Source: a virus (Duplodnaviria; Caudoviricetes). Taken from it: a DNA stretch of 52,342 bases. Below, in pieces: positions 19,166-27,302 of this stretch (its first letter is position 1; every line of letters starts with the position of its first letter). The stretch covers positions 1 through 52,342 of the IMG/VR virus record IMGVR_UViG_3300020166_000031; one strand, written 5' to 3'. The notes under the pieces were generated by a model. The model was not told the origin of the DNA and did not search any database. It was given only the letters and a program-made list of their open reading frames with translations. A program made the position numbers and the translations under genes.

Positions 19166-19443
19166 TACCACTTCACCTTATCAGCCCAGTAAGCCGCTGA
19201 TAGCTTACCTCTTTTAATATTCTTAGCATGTCTAGCCTTAAAGCTTGCACGTTTCTTTTTCATCCTATCAGATTCACCAGCCTTAGGTTTACCTGCTGTG
19301 GATGCACCCTGCTCACCAAAGCGAATCATCTTAATAATATCACCTACTTTAGCTAATACTACGTGAGATTTAGTAGGGTGTTTAGGTGTACGCTTAGGTT
19401 TGTTGTAACCTTCAAACTTCTCACCTCTATATTCAATAGCCAT
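19165..19443 (-). CDS. Small basic protein
   Basis: IRFGEQG...RASFKARHAKNI...SAAYWADKVKW. Confidence 0.75.
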   Translation of the reverse strand: MAIEYRGEKFEGYNKPKRTPKHPTKSHVVLAKVGDIIKMIRFGEQGASTAGKPKAGESDRMKKKRASFKARHAKNIKRGKLSAAYWADKVKW

Positions 19444-20015
19444 TATAAAGGGTTATCCGCTAATTCGTCGTAGGCTTTCCAAATATCATCTACTTCAGTT
19501 TGTAGTGTATCTAGGGTATCACCTAATCCATCTGTAATAGTTGTAGCTTTATCTACTTGACTACGTAAGTCTAGCAGTAGCTTCTGCTGTTCTAGTATCT
19601 GTTGCATATTAGTCGTTAACTGTGCAAGCTTCTGGTTTAGACCCCTCACATCATTATCAGCTATGGCTTGCTCCAGTGTCTGTATACGAACTATGAGTTT
19701 ACCTTCTAGTTCCTGTACATTAGTAAGGATTAAAGAGTCTAACGTTATAATCTCACTGCTTAAGTTATTATCTACTTCAGTAAGGTTGCGCTGGGCTACA
19801 GTCTCTACAGATGTTATGCGTTTATCCATAGCACCTGTCTTACCATCTAGTGTACCTATACGGTCTAATGATTCTCCTACACCAGCTTCTACACCATAGA
19901 AACGGTTTAGGGTATCATAACCAAAGTATATACCACCAGAAATAGTTGAAAGGACAGGTACAGCTACTGCCATCATCCATCCTTTTATATTGTAACCACC
20001 TATGCTAAAACTCAT
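19443..20015 (-). CDS. Membrane-anchored coiled-coil protein
   Basis: N-terminal hydrophobic segment followed by heptad repeats. Confidence 0.7.
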   Translation of the reverse strand: MSFSIGGYNIKGWMMAVAVPVLSTISGGIYFGYDTLNRFYGVEAGVGESLDRIGTLDGKTGAMDKRITSVETVAQRNLTEVDNNLSSEIITLDSLILTNVQELEGKLIVRIQTLEQAIADNDVRGLNQKLAQLTTNMQQILEQQKLLLDLRSQVDKATTITDGLGDTLDTLQTEVDDIWKAYDELADNPL

Positions 20016-20848
20016 TGTGTTGGCATTGCTCCATATTCATTTATGTATTCACCTGCAGCATATATCTCAGAAGCACTCTTCATATCTGGTGTTAGGTATC
20101 CTTGGAAACCTGTACCAAAACTAGAGTCACCCCAAGTTATTACAAACTCATCTATATTCTGAGTATATGTAATAGCTGTATAGCTACCTACCATAAAGTT
20201 GTTAGCCGAAGCATAACTATCTACAGTAGCTGTTAAGTCATCATTGTTAGCAGCTGCCATATAAGCACCAGCCTGTTGAGCAAATGTTTCTACAGCCGCT
20301 ACAGCTTCATTATACTCGTTAACTTCTGCTGTGTCAAGGCTATACGCATCTGTCTCTAACATACCCTGTAACTCAACTTGCTCAGGCTTAGTATCAGCTT
20401 CAGCGGCTACACTGGTTACAGATACTGCTGTCATAACTATTGATGTTGCTGCAGCTAGGTTGTCTACCGCAGTATCTAAGCTATTCATGTTAGCCGCATG
20501 TTCCTGCATAAACATCTGCTCCGCTGTTTCAGCTATAGCGTAGTCATGATTCAGTACAAGCTCTTTAGCGTCTAAGTATGCATTCAACTCAGATGATGTA
20601 ATAAGCCCATCGTCAAAGGTATCATCATTAATAACACCACCAATAGCCGCATAACCTACAGCACCTACAGTCATAACAGCTGATTCAGTTATACGATCTT
20701 GTATATCACTGATTGAAGCTATGAGTGCATCAATCTTTTCCTGGCCCGTCATTGAGTATTCTGGTGGTTGTAGCGACTCTGCGTTTGCTAGTGCGGAAAC
20801 GCTCACTAAGGCTGAGCTTAGGAGCATCATCTTCAACGGTTTCTTCAT
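20012..20848 (-). CDS. Secreted acidic alpha-helical protein
   Basis: Signal peptide MKKPLKMMLLSSALVSVSALANA; GAGG RBS. Confidence 0.7.
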   Translation of the reverse strand: MKKPLKMMLLSSALVSVSALANAESLQPPEYSMTGQEKIDALIASISDIQDRITESAVMTVGAVGYAAIGGVINDDTFDDGLITSSELNAYLDAKELVLNHDYAIAETAEQMFMQEHAANMNSLDTAVDNLAAATSIVMTAVSVTSVAAEADTKPEQVELQGMLETDAYSLDTAEVNEYNEAVAAVETFAQQAGAYMAAANNDDLTATVDSYASANNFMVGSYTAITYTQNIDEFVITWGDSSFGTGFQGYLTPDMKSASEIYAAGEYINEYGAMPTQ

Positions 20849-21428
20849 CTTTATCTTCCTCTCCTACCCTCAACAGGGTGTTCCAAAATTCTTGGTCTGT
20901 CTCATACCCAACAATATATAATGTCGGACTCTCTCTGTACTTCTTAATCGCCGCTTTTCCCATGAGCAGCTTCCCTGTCTTACTATCATTTATAGGGCAT
21001 GGCGTATTCGCTAACATCATACTTCTAAACACTACAGGGTCTTGGCACAGAATAGATATAGCTGATACCTGTAACCCTAATCCACCTACTTGTTGTGGTG
21101 CTCCTAAGAGCCTAGCATTCTTTCTACGGTTACAAGCCTTATCCTGTGTCATAGTACCTGAGGATAAACCTAGTATGCTTACCTGTATCCCTGTTGAACT
21201 GGGTAGTAAGCAACTGTCGTTACCACCGCCACCCATCATAGTAGGGGCTATTGCTGACATTACAGGTGCAGCTGAACCAGCGCCCGTAGCATTATAGTTA
21301 TTCGTTACAGTCTCATCAGTGTTGTTACTGTCTACTGTTGAATCCTGGTAGTTATTACTGAAGTCACCATTAATATCATTCGCTCCTACACTCGTCCCTA
21401 AAGCTGTTACGAATACTACTATCTTCAC
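20730..21428 (-). CDS. Putative secreted Cys-containing protein
   Basis: Start probably GTG 21428, giving a signal-peptide-like N-terminus; SAIAP...DSC motif. Confidence 0.6.
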   Translation of the reverse strand: MKIVVFVTALGTSVGANDINGDFSNNYQDSTVDSNNTDETVTNNYNATGAGSAAPVMSAIAPTMMGGGGNDSCLLPSSTGIQVSILGLSSGTMTQDKACNRRKNARLLGAPQQVGGLGLQVSAISILCQDPVVFRSMMLANTPCPINDSKTGKLLMGKAAIKKYRESPTLYIVGYETDQEFWNTLLRVGEEDKDEETVEDDAPKLSLSERFRTSKRRVATTTRILNDGPGKD

Positions 21429-21591
21429 ATAGTAGCTGTAGAGCTGCGTCTTCCTGTCCGATAATAGCAAGTGTCTGAGCATTTTGGTTTCTCTGGCATA
21501 CGTCATCATCGACACGACAGGATGCTGTATAGGTTATAGTGGTACATCCTGCTAGTAGCACAAGGGGTAATAGCTTAACCCACATTGTCAC
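21376..21591 (-). CDS. Putative lipoprotein
   Basis: Lipobox LLAGC. Confidence 0.6.
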   Translation of the reverse strand: MTMWVKLLPLVLLAGCTTITYTASCRVDDDVCQRNQNAQTLAIIGQEDAALQLLCEDSSIRNSFRDECRSE

Positions 21592-21841
21592 GTTCTCTAT
21601 CAGGATCTAATACTTCATATTTAGTGAGGTAACCCTCAAGGTACATAGCTCTCTCTACGTGATCTAGAGTGTATCTCACTCCAGTATCTGCTTCTATAGC
21701 TGTTCTTACATAGAATACATCAGACTTAGGAATGTGTACACGTTGTAGTTTCTTTACATCATTATCAGCTATAGCGTCATAGAACTCTTCAATAACATTC
21801 TCTGATGCATATAGTTGTATTCTTTTATTACGCATTGTCAA
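21575..21841 (-). CDS. Hypothetical protein, first gene of the leftward arm
   Basis: 88-aa ORF with HIPKSDVFYVR motif. Confidence 0.7.
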   Translation of the reverse strand: MTMRNKRIQLYASENVIEEFYDAIADNDVKKLQRVHIPKSDVFYVRTAIEADTGVRYTLDHVERAMYLEGYLTKYEVLDPDRERDNVG

Positions 21842-21864
21842 TACTTTTTTTTATAAGGAAAGAG

Positions 21865-21934
21865 GTACGTGACGCAATTACATGCAGGAGGGAGGAGACA
21901 TGAGGAGGAAATACACACAATATACGCCACGTAC
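21865..21934 (-). ncRNA. Candidate anti-Shine-Dalgarno stem-loop RNA (cuckoo-like)
   Basis: 10-bp stem GUACGUGGCG/CGUCACGUAC enclosing UUCCUCCUC and CUCCUCCCUCC. Confidence 0.4.
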
Positions 21935-22105
21935 AGTAGTGTAACACTTATGTTTGTTACTTTTATGTGTGTTACATACGTATTAGTATACAGGTATATA
22001 GTAACACTTACAAGTAAAAACTTTATCTTAGTTTAACTTATTAATATATATTACTTTATTAAGAGTTAAAACACTTAAGTGTAACTGTATTGCTCCTGCT
22101 CCGCA

Positions 22106-22133
22106 GTTATACTCATAAAAACACCCTAGTCAA
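22106..22133 (-). promoter_or_regulatory. Sigma70-like promoter for the leftward arm
   Basis: TTGACT-N16-TATAAC(T). Confidence 0.65.
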
Positions 22134-22394
22134 GCCCTAATTTGTATTATCTTGTAAGTTTTTTCTATAATGTTGTACTTTTGTGCTTGTACGTATACGA
22201 GGGGACCTAAGCTAAAAATCACTTCTGTGTGTTTGTACATATATACGTACCCCCCAACCCCCCATGTCCCACGCCCCTGCCCCTTAAAAATAATAATAAT
22301 AGCTAAATAGGGGCATATAACACTGCTAAGTTACTGTAATTGTTACATAAAAGCACTGATACAGCGTCAATTAACCATGAAATAAGCGTAGTTT

Positions 22395-22512
22395 TGCGAC
22401 ACTTTTACAACACTGTGTCGTTTTTGCAACAGGGATGTATGAAATAATAGACCCCACCATAAAGTGTGACATATATACCACATCGCCTGGAAAGTGTGAC
22501 ATTTTTATCACA
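22395..22512. repeat. Four 18-bp imperfect palindromes (TGYGWC-N7-YMACA)
   Basis: Copies at 22395, 22414, 22465 and 22495. Confidence 0.65.
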
Positions 22513-22763
22513 GCACTTAAATTATCATTCACTATTAAACTATTTAGTTAAATATATAGTTCAACGTTAAACCATTATCATTCAGTAATATAGTTTAATG
22601 TTAAACCATTTAGTTGGAACAAAAGTGAACACGTCACTGACGGCCTCTAGAGTATTTCCATAGGCTAAACCACACGGCAAAACCTAGAGCTTCTCAGCGG
22701 TTAATTTTTACACAAATACCAATACTTTTTTAGTGCTATTATATAGTATAAACAAATCCAAAA

Positions 22764-22778
22764 GAACAAATGCAGAAC
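22764..22778 (+). promoter_or_regulatory. Alphaproteobacterial LexA (SOS) box
   Basis: GAAC-AAATGCA-GAAC matches GAAC-N7-GAAC. Confidence 0.5.
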
Positions 22779-22894
22779 ATTGAATATGACGAAAGCAGCT
22801 TAATATATTTTGATAATGTCGAAATAAATGTATTGCTATTTGTGTAATATGAATTTATAGAATAATGTATTATTAATTATTTAGGGCTTTAGCT

Positions 22895-23116
22895 ATGACA
22901 ACAACAACAAAACCATATTATATTCTTTTCGTTTATGACACTGATAGCCAAAAATGGTTTGATGAATTCGGAGACTATACTAAAGCGTCTTTAAAAACAG
23001 AAATAGAGTTTTCACATTACGATACTAAAAAGAAACATATTAAAATTATCAAAACAACCGATGATAAAAACGCAATTACAAACGCTTATAAAAACTTAGA
23101 GAAAGAGATAGCATAA
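22895..23116 (+). CDS. Early hypothetical protein
   Basis: First ORF of the rightward arm, AT-rich. Confidence 0.65.
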   Translation: MTTTTKPYYILFVYDTDSQKWFDEFGDYTKASLKTEIEFSHYDTKKKHIKIIKTTDDKNAITNAYKNLEKEIA

Positions 23117-23334
23117 TGAAATATGAAACATATATTGATCTAGATAATAAAACAGATGGTGTTTTTGCTAAATGTTTTATTCATGCGTCTGATCATTTAA
23201 TGCTGTTTAAAGCTATAAAGAATAGACATAAAAAGTTTTATAAAGCTATTGCGTATGACACTAATGGCAACGAATTCAAGTTTTCTAAATCTGGCTATGG
23301 ATGTAGTAACAAAACTTGCAAGTGTAATAGTTAA
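23116..23334 (+). CDS. Early hypothetical protein
   Basis: TAATG-coupled to the upstream ORF. Confidence 0.6.
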   Translation: MKYETYIDLDNKTDGVFAKCFIHASDHLMLFKAIKNRHKKFYKAIAYDTNGNEFKFSKSGYGCSNKTCKCNS

Positions 23335-23406
23335 CTTTAACAGTAGCATTTTTAATAGTGCTACTTGTAGAATTAACTCTAAACCAAAACAAAAGGATTT
23401 AACAAA

Positions 23407-24033
23407 ATGTCCAACTTTCCATTAGTCCACATTTCTAAGATGACGGGCAAGCTAGATGGTTTTAAAGCTATCAGTACAAACACTATGACAAATGCTTATT
23501 GCATTAAACAAAATGCATCTACTAGAAGCGATAACATTTGCACCAAATGCTATTCCCATACTATGTTGAAAAGCTATCGTAAAAATATGCAACCCGCTTT
23601 GCAACGCAATTCTGAAGCATTGGCAAACAAGGTTATTGATCAAGAGTTTTTACCTACCATACTAGATGCATTTTTTAGATTTAACGCACATGGAGAACTG
23701 ATTAATCTTACACATTTAGAAAACCTTGTAAGGATAGCTAAGAAAAACCCACATTGTAACTTCGCTTTGTGGACTAAAAGAAACGATTTAATAGCTAAAT
23801 ATTTTAAGACTAGGGAAAAACCGAAAAACTTTATCATGATATATTCAAACCAAAAAGTTTCTACTATCATGGCAAAACCGCCTAAACACTTTGATAGAAC
23901 TTTCAACAATGTGCTAGAGCATGAACATAAAGACAGACAGAATTGTACGGGACAAAAATGTAAAGATTGTCGCTTATGTTACACGCTAGACAATGGTGTA
24001 GATACTATTGTGGAAATGGTTAAGAAATATTAA
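23407..24033 (+). CDS. Gp88-like Cys-rich protein
   Basis: CTKCY, FRFNAHGEL, ALWTKR and C-terminal CTGQKCKDCRLC. Confidence 0.6.
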   Translation: MSNFPLVHISKMTGKLDGFKAISTNTMTNAYCIKQNASTRSDNICTKCYSHTMLKSYRKNMQPALQRNSEALANKVIDQEFLPTILDAFFRFNAHGELINLTHLENLVRIAKKNPHCNFALWTKRNDLIAKYFKTREKPKNFIMIYSNQKVSTIMAKPPKHFDRTFNNVLEHEHKDRQNCTGQKCKDCRLCYTLDNGVDTIVEMVKKY

Positions 24034-24111
24034 TAGAAGAATTTAATCTTATTGGTGGCATTCTTTTGAGTGTCACTAAATAATATTAAACTAAAAAAAG
24101 GATTAAACAAA

Positions 24112-24303
24112 ATGGAATATTCTTTAAACCTAAAAGATATTTATTTGGATTGGGTAAACAATTATATATCTGTTACTAAATTTGCCTATGATAATAATTT
24201 AACATTGGTGCAAGCTAAAACTCTTATTGAATTATCGCGTGAAGTTTATGATATGGATATAAAATATATCAAAAAAGATTTGTTGACACATCTTAAAAAA
24301 TAA
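24112..24303 (+). CDS. Early hypothetical protein
   Basis: ATG behind an AAGGA RBS; YLDWVNNYISV motif. Confidence 0.65.
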   Translation: MEYSLNLKDIYLDWVNNYISVTKFAYDNNLTLVQAKTLIELSREVYDMDIKYIKKDLLTHLKK

Positions 24304-24325
24304 AATAGTTATTGTATTAATAAAT

Positions 24326-24805
24326 ATGTTAGGAAAAAATATGCGAGTAGAATGGAAAGAATATATTACTGATTTGGATATTCCTAAAGATTGGAAGCAT
24401 ACTAGCTACCACCATGATGAATTGCCAAGTTATCAAACAAGTGGTTTGCATATCTGGATGGATAGTTGGAATATTGCTTTGCGTACTGAAAATGCTAATA
24501 GAATTCATGGTGCTATGGAAGTACTACCATCTAGATTTATTGTGCAAACTGCTAGTAGTTATAATGGTGTTGATGATGATCACACATGGGTATTTGAGAC
24601 TAATAACTTTAAAGAATTACTTGATTTTGTAGAAAATAAAAAAGCTTTATTACTATTAAACGAATGGGGCGTATTAAAAAATGATGTGTGGGTTACTGAT
24701 CCATACTATGATGAGACAGGCAGATTTTTTGTCGATCCTATTGAGTACTATGGATTGACTAAACAAGATTTAAAAGATTATGGTTCAATAGAGAGAGGTA
24801 AATAA
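24326..24805 (+). CDS. Early hypothetical protein
   Basis: 159-aa ORF. Confidence 0.65.
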   Translation: MLGKNMRVEWKEYITDLDIPKDWKHTSYHHDELPSYQTSGLHIWMDSWNIALRTENANRIHGAMEVLPSRFIVQTASSYNGVDDDHTWVFETNNFKELLDFVENKKALLLLNEWGVLKNDVWVTDPYYDETGRFFVDPIEYYGLTKQDLKDYGSIERGK

Positions 24806-24806
24806 T

Positions 24807-25901
24807 ATGTATGTAGTAAATTTATTTGGTGGCATGGAATGTGGCCGACTTGCATTTGATAGACTAGGTATAAAACCCACTAGATATTACTCTAGTGAGA
24901 TAGACCCACACGCTATTAAGATTGCTAATAAAAACTATCCTGACATTATTCAGTTGGGTGATGTAAAAAACTGGCGTGATTGGGACATAGAGTGGAAGTT
25001 TGTTGACATTGTTATGGGTGGTTTTCCATGTCAGGCATGGTCAGTTGCAGGTCAACAGCAGGGTGATCGCGATCCTAGAGGTCAACTATTCTGGGTGATG
25101 CTAGACATTATGAAGCATGTCTTAAAGCACAATCCTAATGCTAAATACCTTATGGAAAACGTTAGAATGTCTAATGCTTTTGAGAAGTATATTACACACC
25201 ATACTGAGCAAGCTTTGCCCAACGTCAATAAATACTTGATCAATAGCTCATTAGTATCGGCACAAAATCGTAAGCGCTTTTACTGGACAAACATTGAGGG
25301 TATTGAACAGCCAAAAGATAGGGGCATTGTCTTAAAGGATATACTTGAGGATGGGTTAACAGATAGAACTAAATCACACTGCCTAGATGCTAACTACTTT
25401 AAGGGTGGTAATCTGAAGTCATACTTCGAGAAGCATCGCAGACAGTTAGTCTTTAGTGACGATAAGATGTGTCATGTAGGTGATGCCGATCTAAAGGGGC
25501 ATGGCTATGTGCGAAGGGTGTATGCACCCGAAGGTAAATCGCCTAGTCTATGCGCCTCTAGCGGTGGTAATTTAGAGCCTAAAGTATTGGTTAAGGGCGC
25601 TCGTATGGTTGGGCGTAGGCTAGACGCTAGTGGTACTCGTAAGGATCACGATAAGTCTATAGCTATCAAACAAATGATAGAAGTTAGAGATGATGATAAA
25701 ACTAATTGTCTCACTACAGTAACCAAGGATAGCATTCTTGTAGAGAATATGTCTTGGAGAAAACTAACACCTCTAGAATGTGAACGCTTACAAACTGTAC
25801 CTGATGGGTACACTGAGGGTGTATCAAATACCCAACGCTACAAAATGCTAGGCAATGGTTGGACTGTCGATGTCATAGCACACATATTGAAAGGAATATA
25901 A
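24807..25901 (+). CDS. DNA (cytosine-5)-methyltransferase
   Basis: Motifs LFGG, SEID, GGFPCQ, MENV, QNRKR, LTPLECERLQ, LGNGW. Confidence 0.93.
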   Translation: MYVVNLFGGMECGRLAFDRLGIKPTRYYSSEIDPHAIKIANKNYPDIIQLGDVKNWRDWDIEWKFVDIVMGGFPCQAWSVAGQQQGDRDPRGQLFWVMLDIMKHVLKHNPNAKYLMENVRMSNAFEKYITHHTEQALPNVNKYLINSSLVSAQNRKRFYWTNIEGIEQPKDRGIVLKDILEDGLTDRTKSHCLDANYFKGGNLKSYFEKHRRQLVFSDDKMCHVGDADLKGHGYVRRVYAPEGKSPSLCASSGGNLEPKVLVKGARMVGRRLDASGTRKDHDKSIAIKQMIEVRDDDKTNCLTTVTKDSILVENMSWRKLTPLECERLQTVPDGYTEGVSNTQRYKMLGNGWTVDVIAHILKGI

Positions 25902-25902
25902 A

Positions 25903-26088
25903 ATGAGTGCAACTATATTATCATTACAAACACCTTTTATGGAAGGTTATAGAGAAGCTAAACAAGAGTATGCATGTGGCAATATATATTGTTTAGATAC
26001 AGCACTGGAATTGTTTGCTATAGACCCACCTGACAGTGAGTTTCAAAGGGGTATGATGCAAGCCCTAATAAATATGAAAGGAATGTAG
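25903..26088 (+). CDS. Hypothetical protein
   Basis: AAGGA RBS, operonic position. Confidence 0.6.
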   Translation: MSATILSLQTPFMEGYREAKQEYACGNIYCLDTALELFAIDPPDSEFQRGMMQALINMKGM

Positions 26089-26089
26089 T

Positions 26090-26254
26090 ATGACTAAACG
26101 AACTAAAATCCCTGCGCTAAATGATGAGGGTAAGTTTATCTATGATGATCACTCACCTTTAACAGATGATGGTCAGAGATACGAACACTATCGGGATACT
26201 ACACAAGATGTATTCCCTAAAACTTTTGAAGAATTTATAAGGGCAGGTATGTAA
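26090..26254 (+). CDS. Hypothetical 54-aa protein
   Basis: Manual ORF with AAGGA RBS filling an operon gap. Confidence 0.55.
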   Translation: MTKRTKIPALNDEGKFIYDDHSPLTDDGQRYEHYRDTTQDVFPKTFEEFIRAGM

Positions 26255-26439
26255 TGTTAATAGAACGTAAATCAATACTATCAGGCAATGTAAATGTTAT
26301 GGATATAGATGTAACACCTGAACAAATTTCATCGTGGGAGAATGGCCTACTGGTACAAACAGCCATGCCTGATCTATCACCTGATGAACGTGAGTTTATA
26401 ATGACAGGTATAACACCTAATGAATGGGAAGGAATGTAA
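26254..26439 (+). CDS. Hypothetical protein
   Basis: LSPDEREFIMTGITPNEW motif. Confidence 0.7.
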   Translation: MLIERKSILSGNVNVMDIDVTPEQISSWENGLLVQTAMPDLSPDEREFIMTGITPNEWEGM

Positions 26440-26440
26440 A

Positions 26441-26542
26441 ATGAGAGCAATACTAAATAAGCTATGTTGGTGGTGCAGGGAGTGGGACAGTTCTGAACCC
26501 TGCTGTTGGTGTAATGATGAAGGAGATGATCATGACAATTAA
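26441..26542 (+). CDS. 33-aa Cys/Trp-rich peptide
   Basis: Manual ORF MRAILNKLCWWCREWDSSEPCCWCNDEGDDHDN with AAGGA RBS. Confidence 0.5.
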   Translation: MRAILNKLCWWCREWDSSEPCCWCNDEGDDHDN

Positions 26543-26705
26543 AGAATTAATTTCGAAACTCCAAGAAGCCTTATTGTTTCATGATGCAGATGAACTTGTA
26601 TGTATTTATGATCAAGGAACAGGTGAATGTTTAGATATAGAAATAGTAGATGATACTACAGATGGGGAAGTACAGTTAAATGTAAAGGAGTTTTACAATG
26701 AGTGA
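26532..26705 (+). CDS. Hypothetical acidic protein
   Basis: MTIKELISKL start behind AAGGAG. Confidence 0.6.
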   Translation: MTIKELISKLQEALLFHDADELVCIYDQGTGECLDIEIVDDTTDGEVQLNVKEFYNE

Positions 26706-26850
26706 TAAATATTTTGACGTGACAGAGCATTCACGTAAAGAAAAGAGAAAAGAAATACTAGCTACCACATTTGTGTGGTCAGTATTTGGGTTCGCAGCCA
26801 TAGGTGTATTGGCTACGTTTAGTTTACTATTAACAATGATATGGAGTTAA
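26698..26850 (+). CDS. Small membrane protein
   Basis: Manual 50-aa ORF with AAGGAG RBS and hydrophobic C-terminal half. Confidence 0.6.
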   Translation: MSDKYFDVTEHSRKEKRKEILATTFVWSVFGFAAIGVLATFSLLLTMIWS

Positions 26851-26853
26851 GAC

Positions 26854-27063
26854 ATGGATATGAATAAATACTATGGACAATTAGTGGGTTGTAAGATTAA
26901 AGATTTTGCATTTGAGAAGGGTACTTTTGAATATGATAAACCCTTTCCAGTATTCACCCTAACAAATGGATCAGAGGAAGTACGCTTTGTAATATCACAG
27001 GATGAGGAAGGCAATGGCGGTGGCTTTGCTTTTATAGAAGATAACTTAGAGAGAGGAATATAA
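26854..27063 (+). CDS. Hypothetical protein
   Basis: SQDEEGNGGGF motif; GGAG RBS. Confidence 0.7.
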   Translation: MDMNKYYGQLVGCKIKDFAFEKGTFEYDKPFPVFTLTNGSEEVRFVISQDEEGNGGGFAFIEDNLERGI

Positions 27064-27064
27064 A

Positions 27065-27298
27065 ATGAGTAAGCATACAGATTGGGAAAAAGCTAGAGTT
27101 AAAAAGCAACTAAAAACTCAGAAGGTTCTAAAGCAAATGTCTGTTGAACAGAGAGAAGCTATAGAAGAAATACAAAACAGTGTGAAGGAATGTCTAACCA
27201 TGATTAAAGACTGTAATGATTTATATATGAGTGACATAGCTAAACTAGAAAGCGCTTGGCATAGCCTACGATGGGCGTTTGAAGTGGATAAGGTATAG
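27065..27298 (+). CDS. Hypothetical protein
   Basis: GAGGA RBS. Confidence 0.65.
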   Translation: MSKHTDWEKARVKKQLKTQKVLKQMSVEQREAIEEIQNSVKECLTMIKDCNDLYMSDIAKLESAWHSLRWAFEVDKV

Positions 27299-27302
27299 TT
27301 TA

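Noticed and set aside
22395-22615. Possible CRISPR-like mini-array
   Set aside because: Repeats are short, degenerate and irregularly spaced, and no cas operon is present. The Cas4-like nuclease is a normal replication-module gene.
21842-22894. tRNA gene or tRNA-derived attP
   Set aside because: No cloverleaf or T-loop consensus recognised by eye; tRNAscan-SE would be needed to exclude it.
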